DNA of 64,000 bases, taken from assembly GCA_048937405.1 (NCBI GenBank), contig JBHLNF010000003.1, positions 264,807-328,806 of the forward strand, given 5' to 3'. The stretch is from Promethearchaeota archaeon (GTDB taxonomy: Archaea; Asgardarchaeota; Lokiarchaeia; Sigyniarchaeales; SOKP01). How positions within the stretch are numbered: position 1 is the stretch's first letter; each line of letters begins with the position of its first letter. The notes below the pieces were generated by a model, which searched no databases, was not told where the DNA came from, and saw only the letters and a list, made by a program, of their open reading frames with translations. Both the position numbers and the translations under genes were made by a program. Positions 18,568-28,468 of the stretch are shown one piece after another.

Positions 18568-19056
18568 TTATTTCTTAGAAGATTTATTTAAATCTATTAT
18601 TTTCTTAATTGCTTTTTCAACATTCTCATCAATAATTCTAAGAACTTCCTTATATCTCTCGACTGAAGTATAGTAAGGATCAATAATATCTATGTTATGA
18701 GTTTCTCCATTAAATTCTTTTAGTGTAAAAGTTTTTTTCTCAATATTTTCAATAACATTGAAATTTTTTATAATATCAAGTGAATGTTTTTGCTCCATAG
18801 TGAGAATTAAGTCCTGTTTTTTTAATAATGTACTGTTGATTATTTTTGGAATGAAATCTGAATTCTTTATTCCTTTAGAATCCAGGTATTTTCGAGATTC
18901 AGGTTGCATGTAAGTGAAAGCGTTGAAAAAACCACATGAATCAATTTCTAAATCTACGTTAAATTTCTTTGTATAATAACGAGCTAAATATTCTGCAGCT
19001 GGAGATCTTGCTGTATTGCCTAGGCATATGAAGAGAACGTTTTTAATTTTACTCAA
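18568..19056 (-). CDS. Low-molecular-weight protein phosphatase (LMW-PTP/YwlE fold)
   Basis: FICLGNTARSPAAE P-loop, DLILTM, IIDPYY. Confidence 0.9.
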   Translation of the reverse strand: MSKIKNVLFICLGNTARSPAAEYLARYYTKKFNVDLEIDSCGFFNAFTYMQPESRKYLDSKGIKNSDFIPKIINSTLLKKQDLILTMEQKHSLDIIKNFNVIENIEKKTFTLKEFNGETHNIDIIDPYYTSVERYKEVLRIIDENVEKAIKKIIDLNKSSKK

Positions 19057-19195
19057 AATTAATCAAGTATTAAAAAAATGTTATTTTAAATAAAAGTTAT
19101 GAAAAACGCCCAATATAAAATTAAATAAAAAATTAAATAGATGATTGACCTAATAATTATTACGGCATCTATTATAATCTAGTTAAAAGAGAAAA

Positions 19196-20866
19196 ATGAC
19201 TGAAGTAGAAAACAAAGAAGCAATGGAAAAAGCCCATTTGAAAAACTGGTTCAGTAGGACATTTACAAGAGACATAAACTTATCAAAAGATACTTTAATT
19301 TATTTATTTTTCTCTATGCTATCAATTACAATTGTAGCAGAAGCATTTTTATTTGAATATACAATTTCTACAGGAGGAGTTTTACATGTTGGTTTAGAAG
19401 TCTATGCATTATTAATTATACTTGCTATTAGCTTTCTGATTTCTGGTATTATTGTAGATTTCATTAAGAATAGAACTAATTATTTTAATATCACACTGAT
19501 GGTTTGTATTATCGGACTTTTTATAAGTGCTATTCCAGAAATGGTTTTTTATTATTTTGGTTTGCTAATAGTTCTCTTAACAGTTCCACAATTAGTTATT
19601 CTATGGTTCACATTTTTCGTACATGAAACAAATATTTTAAATCGTGGGAGGATAGCTGCATACTTACTCATTTTAGGTTTTTCTATAGCGTTTGTATCTA
19701 TTATATTTGTTGTTTTTGACTTTTTATATACATTTTTAGGTATTTTAGAACTCGGATTATTTTTAATTATTTTCAAATATTCTAGAGGGTATAAATATAT
19801 AGAAACCAAAGAACGATTGAAATCGGGTAAAAAATTTTTGAATATAATTTTTGAAAAACATTTCTTTAGATATTCAACTAGTTTTTTTGTATTAAGCTTT
19901 ATTTTGGGTGATTTACTTGCAAGATATAGTTTTGATGTTGACTTAATAATATACGCAATAGCTTCTTTTTTGTATCTTATCGCAGCAGGATATTGTTTGG
20001 ATAATATTGGACGGAAAACATCTATAGTTCTTGGAATTTTAGTTCTTTCATTTTTTCTGATATCTTATGGTTCATTCATTGATTCAGATTATATTTTCGG
20101 TATGCCTAGAAAAGTACTTCTCTCTATTCATTATGGATTTTCCTTATTACCTCTTCTACTTGCTATCTTTACAATTTCAGGAGACTTTTCAACAGAGAGA
20201 GGAAATTTGAAATATAGGGGTAGAATAAATGGAATGTATTTAGCTCTAATGTTTTTTGGAACAATAGTGGGATTTACTTTTAGTCGTTTGATAAATGATG
20301 TGTATAATAGGTTTCCTAGTTTTCAAGAATTTTTACCTAATTTTCCCAATCTTCTAAATGGTTTTATATTAGTTATACTTTTAGTTTGGATGATGGCTAT
20401 GAAAGAATTCCTCGTCTCAAAAGAAAAGAAATGGGCAGATTCTTTAAAGACCATTATTATTTTTAGCAAAAATGGGATAAGTCTTTATAATTACAATTTT
20501 GAACAGAAGGATTTATTTAAAGATGAACCAGATCAAATTGATTTCGATGAAGATTTAGTATCTGGGGCATTAACAGGCATTTCGTCTCTTCTTTCCGAAA
20601 TAACTCATACAAAAAGACATCTTAGACATATTCAAAAAGAAGATGCCACTCTGATATTTGCTTATGGTAAATATCATATTGCTACTTTAATTGCTAATAT
20701 GGATTTGCCAATTTTATTCAAAAAACTTGATGAATTCTCCCGAGAATTTGAAAGTAAGTTTGTAAAAGAACTTAAAAATTTTAAGGGAAATGTTTCTCAT
20801 TTTGAACCTACAAAATTCTTATTAATCAAGTATTTCAGTAAAAAATACGATGATTTTATGGAATAA
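19196..20866 (+). CDS. MFS-fold 12-TM membrane protein fused to a C-terminal longin-like domain
   Basis: About 12 TMs with MFS loop motifs GIIVDFIKNR, NRGRI, GYCLDNIGRK and YRGRING. Soluble tail IIIFSKNGISLYNYNF...DEDLVSGALTGISSLLSEI...LDEFSREFESKF. Confidence 0.75.
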   Translation: MTEVENKEAMEKAHLKNWFSRTFTRDINLSKDTLIYLFFSMLSITIVAEAFLFEYTISTGGVLHVGLEVYALLIILAISFLISGIIVDFIKNRTNYFNITLMVCIIGLFISAIPEMVFYYFGLLIVLLTVPQLVILWFTFFVHETNILNRGRIAAYLLILGFSIAFVSIIFVVFDFLYTFLGILELGLFLIIFKYSRGYKYIETKERLKSGKKFLNIIFEKHFFRYSTSFFVLSFILGDLLARYSFDVDLIIYAIASFLYLIAAGYCLDNIGRKTSIVLGILVLSFFLISYGSFIDSDYIFGMPRKVLLSIHYGFSLLPLLLAIFTISGDFSTERGNLKYRGRINGMYLALMFFGTIVGFTFSRLINDVYNRFPSFQEFLPNFPNLLNGFILVILLVWMMAMKEFLVSKEKKWADSLKTIIIFSKNGISLYNYNFEQKDLFKDEPDQIDFDEDLVSGALTGISSLLSEITHTKRHLRHIQKEDATLIFAYGKYHIATLIANMDLPILFKKLDEFSREFESKFVKELKNFKGNVSHFEPTKFLLIKYFSKKYDDFME

Positions 20867-21050
20867 TTAAGTCGAGATATTTCTTTACTTGTTTCTCATA
20901 AAAGTTGATTATGCTAGAATGGGTTCAACAAAAATATTAAATAAGAAGACATCCTAAAAAATACTACTAACTTCATTCGCATTTTGATATTGGTTTTTAA
21001 TTTAGAAAGAAAAAATATTAGATAATAAGATTCGATACAAAATAATAACT

Positions 21051-22712
21051 ATGAAAAGAAATTTCAAATACTCCCTTGGCAAGTTGTTTGCTAGAGATGT
21101 GGATTTAGAGAATACCTCGCTTCTTTATCTTTTTTTTTCTTTTCTTTCTATTTCATTTACAGTTGAATATTTTATTCTAAAATTTTTTATACAGATGCAA
21201 GTTGGATTAGAAATAGAATTACCTGTGATTATGACATTATTCGTAATATCTATCCTTTTTTTAGCTTTTGGCTTTTTTATTGATAGGATAACAAACAAAA
21301 CACAATTTTTCAATATAGTTTTGTTGATTTGTATTATAGGTTTATTATTAACTACCTTCACACACCCTCTATTTGATATTTTTGGGATTTTAATTATCCT
21401 AATAACAATACCTCAATTAATATTAATCTGGTGTTCAACTTTAGATCATGAAACAAATATTTTGAATAGAGGTAGAATAACTGCTATGATCTTAGTCTCT
21501 AGTTATTTGTTTAGTTTGCCTGTTATCTTTTTCTTGTTTTTTAAGGATTTATATATATTTCTTATCATAATAGAATTTTTTCTTTTAATTATAACCGTTA
21601 TTATTTCGCGCTTTTATACCTATATTGAGACTAAAGACAGATTAAAATCTGATAAAAAATATTTTGATATCATTTTCGAATTACACTTTTCAAGATATTC
21701 AGTTGGTCTTGCTTTTTTAAGTGGTCTTTTAGGAGGTTTGTTAAACGATTCTTTGGCTTATTTTGAAAGTTATAAAATTAGTATTCTTACTTTTTCAATA
21801 GCTTCTTTCTTTTATATTCTTGCAGCTGGTTGGTTTTTTGATTATATGGGTAGAAAGAATTCATTAGTTCTTGGTATTTTATTAGTTTCATTTTTTTATA
21901 TATCATTTGGGTCATCTTATATAGGATCTCCGAATGATCCTGTTTTTGGTATGCCTAAGGAAATCCATATCTCTCTTCATTATGCATTTGCGATTCTTCC
22001 ATTAATATTAGCTATAATCACAATAGCGGGAGATTTTTCAACTGAAAGAGGGAATTTAAAATATAGGGGAAGTATAAATGGACTTTTTCTAGCATTAATG
22101 TTTTTTGGGATAGGTTTAGGATATTTATTATATAAAATGATTGATCTCCTTTATAATAATTTTGAAGAAATGCAAATTTGGGTACCAAACCTACCCAATC
22201 TACTAAACTCATTTGCATTAGTTATAGTTCTTGTTTGGATGATGGCTGGCAAAGATATATTAATATCTAAAGAGAAAGATTGGGCAAAGTCATTAAAAAA
22301 TCTTTTTGTTTTAACTAATAGTGGAGTTTGTTTATATAACTATGATTTTATACTTAAAAGACAAGCTTATGGAGAGGAAGAAGAGGAAAAAGAGTGTGAA
22401 TTTGATGAGGATTTAGTGAGTGGTGCGCTTTCTGGTGTGATTACAATAATCTCTGAAATCACAAGAAGTTCAAAACACATTAAAAAGATTGATAAGGAAG
22501 GTAATCATCTTTATTTTGCATTTGGAAAATACCATATAGTGGTATTGATTACCTCTATGGATTTACCTATTTTAAAGAAAAAATTGGATGCTTTTTCAAG
22601 GACCTTTGAACAAAATTTTTCAGAAGATGTAAAAAATTTTAGAGGTAATGTTGAAGTATTTTCTCCAACAAGATATATGATAGATAGGTACTTTAGTCAA
22701 AAATATATTTAA
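21051..22712 (+). CDS. MFS-fold 12-TM membrane protein fused to a C-terminal longin-like domain (paralog of 19196-20866)
   Basis: Shares HETNILNRGRI, GWFFDYMGRK, GDFSTERGNLKYRG, LVWMMA and FDEDLVSGAL with its neighbour. Confidence 0.75.
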   Translation: MKRNFKYSLGKLFARDVDLENTSLLYLFFSFLSISFTVEYFILKFFIQMQVGLEIELPVIMTLFVISILFLAFGFFIDRITNKTQFFNIVLLICIIGLLLTTFTHPLFDIFGILIILITIPQLILIWCSTLDHETNILNRGRITAMILVSSYLFSLPVIFFLFFKDLYIFLIIIEFFLLIITVIISRFYTYIETKDRLKSDKKYFDIIFELHFSRYSVGLAFLSGLLGGLLNDSLAYFESYKISILTFSIASFFYILAAGWFFDYMGRKNSLVLGILLVSFFYISFGSSYIGSPNDPVFGMPKEIHISLHYAFAILPLILAIITIAGDFSTERGNLKYRGSINGLFLALMFFGIGLGYLLYKMIDLLYNNFEEMQIWVPNLPNLLNSFALVIVLVWMMAGKDILISKEKDWAKSLKNLFVLTNSGVCLYNYDFILKRQAYGEEEEEKECEFDEDLVSGALSGVITIISEITRSSKHIKKIDKEGNHLYFAFGKYHIVVLITSMDLPILKKKLDAFSRTFEQNFSEDVKNFRGNVEVFSPTRYMIDRYFSQKYI

Positions 22713-22782
22713 TACTATTTTAAATTTTTATTTAAATAATTAATTTAGAAGACAAGAGATTTTTGTACTATATCTTAAATTC

Positions 22783-23283
22783 TTAACCATTTTCTAACTT
22801 ATTTATTCTAATTATCTTTTTAATAGTTTTTAAAACACCATATTCAATTCTTTTAAGAACTATATTGTATTCCTTTTGTTCAAAATAGAAAGGGTCTTCA
22901 ATCTCCAAATTCTCTTTTTCCCCAGCATAATCTAAAAGAAGAAACACTTTTTCGTCAAGATTTAAATTTTTAAATCGTCTTTTTAATTTATTAATATGTC
23001 TTTTTTGCTCAAAAGCTAAGATAACATCTTGATTTTTAACTATATCCTCATTAACTCTTTTTGTCCTAAAATTAGTTATGTCTATTCCCTTAGATTTCAA
23101 ATAATTTACGGTTACATCTTGAGCTGTCTCATAATAATGATATAATCCTGCAGAATCGAAATCTACATCTTTTAATTCGTTTATAAACCTATTTTTTTTC
23201 AACCATTTCGCATATTCTGATGCAAATGGTGATCTACATGTATTTCCTGCACAAAAAAACAACACCTTACGTATTTTTGGCAT
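22783..23283 (-). CDS. Low-molecular-weight protein phosphatase (LMW-PTP/YwlE fold)
   Basis: FFCAGNTCRSPFA P-loop, DSAG, EIEDPFY. Confidence 0.92.
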   Translation of the reverse strand: MPKIRKVLFFCAGNTCRSPFASEYAKWLKKNRFINELKDVDFDSAGLYHYYETAQDVTVNYLKSKGIDITNFRTKRVNEDIVKNQDVILAFEQKRHINKLKRRFKNLNLDEKVFLLLDYAGEKENLEIEDPFYFEQKEYNIVLKRIEYGVLKTIKKIIRINKLENG

Positions 23284-23465
23284 AATTCTTTATAAAAAAA
23301 TGAATTAATTATATAATTATGTTCAGAAAAGAAAAGGCAGTTTTAATCCGCTTACCACCTTAATCAAATAAAATAAACCAATTAAAAAAGGTTTTTGATT
23401 AAATTCAAAAATATTGAAATTGTATAATAAATCATATATATAGGACACTTTAATTTCAAAAGGAA

Positions 23466-25886
23466 TTGAGCATGGTTGAAGATATTAAGTTTAAAGAATA
23501 TAAACAGGATATTGAATCATTATTCACCCCAAAAAGTAAGTATACTTTCTTAGTAGGTGCTGGGATCTCTATGGATCCTCCAACAAACATGCCTTCTGCG
23601 ATACAGATTGTTAAAGGATTATTGGAACTATGTGCACCTCAAGAAGAAATAAAAAATTTGCTTTCTCTTGATATGCTTAGATATGAGCTAGTAGTAGAGA
23701 AGATACAAGATATTTTTGATGAAGATTTAAGATTCTTAGATTATTTAGAGAATGTTACTGAACCAAATCTCATCCATATGTTTTTAGCAAATATTATTAC
23801 TAGAGGTAATTATGTTATAACTACCAATTTTGATTATTTAATTGAGCAAGCTTTACTGCGTGTTCTAGATGATCAATGGCATCAAGATATATTACCAATC
23901 ATTACTAAGGAAGATTACATCTTTTATCGAGATCCGGATAACCTTGTGAAATCAAATAAATACCCTATATTTAAAATACATGGTTCCAAACGTAATATTA
24001 TCACTGATAAAGATACAAAGGATTCACTTATCACTACAATGAGTGCTTTGGGAAAAGAACGTGGAGAAGGGGAAACATTCACGATTGAACCATATAAAAA
24101 ACCCACAGTATTTAATTTAATGAACAATCGATCTTTAGTTGTTTTAGGATATTCTGGTAGTGATGATTTTGATATAGGGCCAACATTAAGGGAATTACCT
24201 TATCTTAATCGTATTATCTGGATTGAACATTCTCAAAATGCTTATCCAGAAATAATTAAAATAAGAACGAGGGAAAACTTAAGTCCTTCAGATGAAATTT
24301 CTCCTCTAGAGCAAATGTTAACTGATATAAGTTCTTCTGGCGATTTTGAAGTTATCTTAGTTAGAATTCACACTAATAAATTCATCCAAAAATACTTATG
24401 GAAAATTTTCTTACCTTATCATCCTTTAAACGAAACAAGTTTAGGTGGATCAGATAATAAAGAAATTCCGAATTTCTTGGAATGGATAAAACCATTATAT
24501 GAAAATATACCTAAAGTTGAAAAATACAAATTTGCATGCCAATTATTCTACTATTTAAAAGAAATTGAAGCCGCAAGTCGTTGTTCACAAAGAGGTATTC
24601 AAAACGCAGAAGAAATAAATGATATCTCTTCAAAATCATACTTTTTGAATTTTTTAGGTTTAATTACTCAAATTAAGGGAAATTATGCTAATGCATTAGA
24701 ACATTATCAGAATGCCTTACGAATTGATCAATCTTTAAATGACGTTGCAGGTATTGGTTCAGATATCAATAATATAGGTTCTATCTATTTAACTATAGGG
24801 AAATATGATGAGGCCCTTGAAAAATATCACCAAGCTTTAGAAATAGCCGAAAAATTAGATGACAAAGGAAGTAAGGTTACTTGCTTAAATAATTTAGGAA
24901 GAGTACATGAAGTGCGTCATGAATTTGACTTAGCTTTAGAAAATTATTTAGAAGGGATCCAAATTACTGAAGAAGTGGGAGATCTAAATAGCAAAGCACT
25001 CCTTTTAAATAATATAGGGATGATTTACAGAGCCAAAGAAGAAAATGAGCAAGCAATTAAATATTTTTATGAATCCGTACAAATTTCAGATCTTTTAGGA
25101 GATGTTTATGGTAAAATAATAGTGCTAAACAATATAGGAAGGGTTTATGATGAATCTAAAGATTATGAAAAGGCTTTAGAAAAATATAATGAATCTATAA
25201 AATTTGCTGATCAATTAGGGGATTTGGCAAAAAAGGCAGGAAGTATGAATAATATTGGTTCAATTTATTTAGCTCAAGGGAATACAGATAAAGCGTTAGA
25301 AATATATCAAGAAGCATTGAATATCGAAGAGCGATTAGGAGATCCGTTGATGAAAATAATTTACCTTAATAATATCGGAATGATTCACAATAGTAGGGGT
25401 AATTATAACGTCGCTAAACAAAAATACAATGAAGCTTTAACCATTGCAAATGATATTGGTGATTTATCTAAAAAAGCCCTTCTTTTAACCAAAATAGCCT
25501 CAATAAATATGATACAAGAGGAATATCAATCTGCTCTTGAACAATACGAAGAAGCCGTTTTAATTTTTGAAAATATAGGAGAATTATCTAATAAAGCTGC
25601 GACTCTTAGTAATATCGGAAAAATTTATGAGACTTTTGAAAATCATTATGAAGCATTAAGACGTTATGAAGAAACTCTCACGATAGATCAACAATTGCAA
25701 GATCCTATGGGAATAGCAAGTGATTTTTATAATTTAGGAAGAGTATATACAATCCAGGGAGAATATCGGAAAGCATTACAAAATTATGAAGAAAGTATAA
25801 AAATATTTGATCAATTAGAACAAAAACAGTATGTTGATGTCATCAGAAGCAAAATTGATGAAATACAGAAAAATATTGGAAAATAG
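23466..25886 (+). CDS. SIR2-like domain protein with C-terminal TPR array
   Basis: FLVGAGIS, ITTNFDYLIE, FKIHGS, VLGYSGSD, followed by ~11 TPR units of about 40 aa (LNNIG..Y.......AL..Y..AL.I...LGD). Confidence 0.9.
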   Translation: MSMVEDIKFKEYKQDIESLFTPKSKYTFLVGAGISMDPPTNMPSAIQIVKGLLELCAPQEEIKNLLSLDMLRYELVVEKIQDIFDEDLRFLDYLENVTEPNLIHMFLANIITRGNYVITTNFDYLIEQALLRVLDDQWHQDILPIITKEDYIFYRDPDNLVKSNKYPIFKIHGSKRNIITDKDTKDSLITTMSALGKERGEGETFTIEPYKKPTVFNLMNNRSLVVLGYSGSDDFDIGPTLRELPYLNRIIWIEHSQNAYPEIIKIRTRENLSPSDEISPLEQMLTDISSSGDFEVILVRIHTNKFIQKYLWKIFLPYHPLNETSLGGSDNKEIPNFLEWIKPLYENIPKVEKYKFACQLFYYLKEIEAASRCSQRGIQNAEEINDISSKSYFLNFLGLITQIKGNYANALEHYQNALRIDQSLNDVAGIGSDINNIGSIYLTIGKYDEALEKYHQALEIAEKLDDKGSKVTCLNNLGRVHEVRHEFDLALENYLEGIQITEEVGDLNSKALLLNNIGMIYRAKEENEQAIKYFYESVQISDLLGDVYGKIIVLNNIGRVYDESKDYEKALEKYNESIKFADQLGDLAKKAGSMNNIGSIYLAQGNTDKALEIYQEALNIEERLGDPLMKIIYLNNIGMIHNSRGNYNVAKQKYNEALTIANDIGDLSKKALLLTKIASINMIQEEYQSALEQYEEAVLIFENIGELSNKAATLSNIGKIYETFENHYEALRRYEETLTIDQQLQDPMGIASDFYNLGRVYTIQGEYRKALQNYEESIKIFDQLEQKQYVDVIRSKIDEIQKNIGK

Positions 25887-25994
25887 AATTTCAACCAAAT
25901 ATTTTAACTCCTAATTTATAATAAAACTTTAATGTAAATAATTGTATTTTAAAATAACTTTTAATTATTATAAGGAAAAATTCAAAATTTTCCA

Positions 25995-27566
25995 TTGAAG
26001 ACTATAACAGATTTCTTAATTATTGGAAGTGGAATCTCTGGACTTTCTTTAGCGTTAAATCTTTCCAAATTAGTTCCAGAAGAACGAATTTTTTTAATCA
26101 CAAAAGAAAGTCTCCATGAGTGTAGTACATTTCATGCTCAAGGGGGAATCGCTTGTGTATGGGATGATGATGATAATTTTGAAAAACATATCCAAGATAC
26201 ATTAATTGCAGGAGATGGGTTATGTAATAAGCAAATTGTCAGAAAAATAATAACTCAGGCTCCTGAAAGGATAAATGAATTAATAGACTTTGGATTAGAG
26301 TTTACTAGGGATAAAAATGGAGAATACGATCTTGGAAAAGAAGGAGGACATTCGAAAAGAAGAATACTTCATGTGAATGATCAAACTGGAAGAAGTATTG
26401 AAAAAATATTGATAGACAATGTAAAAAAATTAAGTAATATTGAAATAAAGGAAAAATGGTGTGGAATTAATCTTTATGTTAAAGATTTAAAATGCTATGG
26501 GGCATATGTTCTAGAACAGGATTCTGAGGAAATTCATACTATTATAGCTAAATCCACTATTTTAGCTACGGGAGGGGCAGGAAAGATTTATTTATACACA
26601 ACAAATCCTGACGTAGTTTCAGGTGATGGAATCGCAATGGCCTACAGAGCAGGTGTTATGATATCCAATATGGAATTTTATCAATTTCACCCTACATGTT
26701 TATATCATCCATATGCCAAATCATTTCTGATCACTGAAGCAATGCGAGGAGAAGGCGCAATTTTGAAAGATTTAAGAGGAAATGAGTTCATGGGAAAATA
26801 TCATCCTCAAAAAGAGTTAGCACCTCGTGATATTGTATCAAGAGCTATTGATGCCGAATTGAAGAAATCTGGTGATGATCATGTCTATTTGGATATAGCT
26901 TCTTATAAAGATTCTAATTTTATCAAAAATCATTTTCCAGGAATTTATGAAAAATGCTTAAAATTTAATATTGATATTACAAAAGAACCTATTCCTGTAG
27001 TTCCTGCTGCTCATTATTGTTGCGGAGGTGTGAGGAGTGGAATTGATGGTCTTACAGAGATTAAAAATTTATTTGTTATTGGAGAAGCCGCTTGTACGGG
27101 TTTTCATGGTGCTAATAGACTAGCAAGTAATTCTTTACTTGAAGGTTTAGTTACTGCCCATGAATGTGCATTTTATTTATCAGAACATGCATCTAGTTTA
27201 AAAATCAAAGATTTTCCAGAATGGGAAATCGGGAATGCTGTTCCATCAACAGAAGCTGTAGTAATAACTCAAAATTGGGATGAAATTAGAATGTTAATGC
27301 AAAATCTTGTTGGCATTGTCAGATCAGATTTGCGTTTAAAGAGTGCTCTTAAACGAATGAATTTATTTTCAGAGGAGATAGATTATTATTATTGGAATTA
27401 TAAAATCGATAAGAATTTAATTGAGTTAAGAAATTTATCGATGGTTGCAGAAATATTAATTAGGTGTGCACTATCGAGAAAAGAAAGTAGGGGTACTCAT
27501 TATAATGAAAACCACCCTCAAAAATTAGATTTAGCAAGGAATTCTTACATTAAAAGACCTTGGTAA
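25995..27566 (+). CDS. nadB: L-aspartate oxidase
   Basis: IGSGISGL, AQGGIA, EGGHSKRRILH, QFHPT, LITEAMRGEG, ELAPRDIVSRAI, HGANRLASNSLLE, ESRGTH. Confidence 0.95.
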   Translation: MKTITDFLIIGSGISGLSLALNLSKLVPEERIFLITKESLHECSTFHAQGGIACVWDDDDNFEKHIQDTLIAGDGLCNKQIVRKIITQAPERINELIDFGLEFTRDKNGEYDLGKEGGHSKRRILHVNDQTGRSIEKILIDNVKKLSNIEIKEKWCGINLYVKDLKCYGAYVLEQDSEEIHTIIAKSTILATGGAGKIYLYTTNPDVVSGDGIAMAYRAGVMISNMEFYQFHPTCLYHPYAKSFLITEAMRGEGAILKDLRGNEFMGKYHPQKELAPRDIVSRAIDAELKKSGDDHVYLDIASYKDSNFIKNHFPGIYEKCLKFNIDITKEPIPVVPAAHYCCGGVRSGIDGLTEIKNLFVIGEAACTGFHGANRLASNSLLEGLVTAHECAFYLSEHASSLKIKDFPEWEIGNAVPSTEAVVITQNWDEIRMLMQNLVGIVRSDLRLKSALKRMNLFSEEIDYYYWNYKIDKNLIELRNLSMVAEILIRCALSRKESRGTHYNENHPQKLDLARNSYIKRPW

Positions 27567-27654
27567 TATAATATCGTTTTTAATATCTATAATTTTAAAT
27601 TATTATTCTCATTACTATTGATAAGTCTAATCTTATAGAGGAAAAGGATTAATT

Positions 27655-28458
27655 GTGAATATTGGTAAAAAAATTAGAATTGAAAGAATAATTGATCGGA
27701 AAAGCAAGAATACCATTATTATTCCAATGGATCATGGACTTACAATGGGAACCATTAAAGGATTAGAAAATATTGCTGACATGGTTGATAAAGTCGCATT
27801 AGGAGGCGCTAATGCCGTACTCGAACATTCAGGTATGGTTGACGCAGGTCATCGACAATCGGGTAAAGATATCGGTCTAATTATTCATTTATCTGGAGCG
27901 ACTGAATTAGCACCAGATCCAAATAGAAAGGTTTTAGTTTGTTCGGTGGAAAGAGCCTTGAAAATGGGTGCTGATGCAGTATCTATACATATTAATATTG
28001 GTGCTGATGATGAACCCGAGATGCTCCAAGACGCTAGTAAAGTTGTAGAAGCTTCAAGAGAGTGGGGGGTCCCATTATTAGCGATGATGTACCCACGAGG
28101 AAGAAAAATTAAAGATGAGAATGATCCTGAAGTTGTAAATGTTGCTGTAAGAGCTGGGGCAGAATTAGGAGTTGATATTGTTAAAACGAATTATCCTGGC
28201 GATATTGATGCTTTTAAAGAAATTGTTAAAGGAGTAAGTCATATTCCAGTAATAATCGCAGGAGGTCCAAAAATGGATACAATTCCAGATTTATTACAAA
28301 TGGTTTATGATTCACTAGAAGCAGGAGGAGCAGGAGTTGCATTTGGGCGAAACGTTTTTCAATCTGATGATCCTACAAAAATGGTCAGTGCAATTAGCAA
28401 GATTGTACATAAAAACTATACAGTAAATGAAGTTCTGAAAGAATACGGATTTACTTAG
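27655..28458 (+). CDS. 2-amino-3,7-dideoxy-D-threo-hept-6-ulosonate (ADH) synthase / DhnA-type class I aldolase
   Basis: [42 protein letters not shown] (Schiff-base Lys), AGGPK, GRNVFQ. Closest in pattern to archaeal AroA'. Confidence 0.85.
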   Translation: MNIGKKIRIERIIDRKSKNTIIIPMDHGLTMGTIKGLENIADMVDKVALGGANAVLEHSGMVDAGHRQSGKDIGLIIHLSGATELAPDPNRKVLVCSVERALKMGADAVSIHINIGADDEPEMLQDASKVVEASREWGVPLLAMMYPRGRKIKDENDPEVVNVAVRAGAELGVDIVKTNYPGDIDAFKEIVKGVSHIPVIIAGGPKMDTIPDLLQMVYDSLEAGGAGVAFGRNVFQSDDPTKMVSAISKIVHKNYTVNEVLKEYGFT

Positions 28459-28468
28459 ATTACTCACT

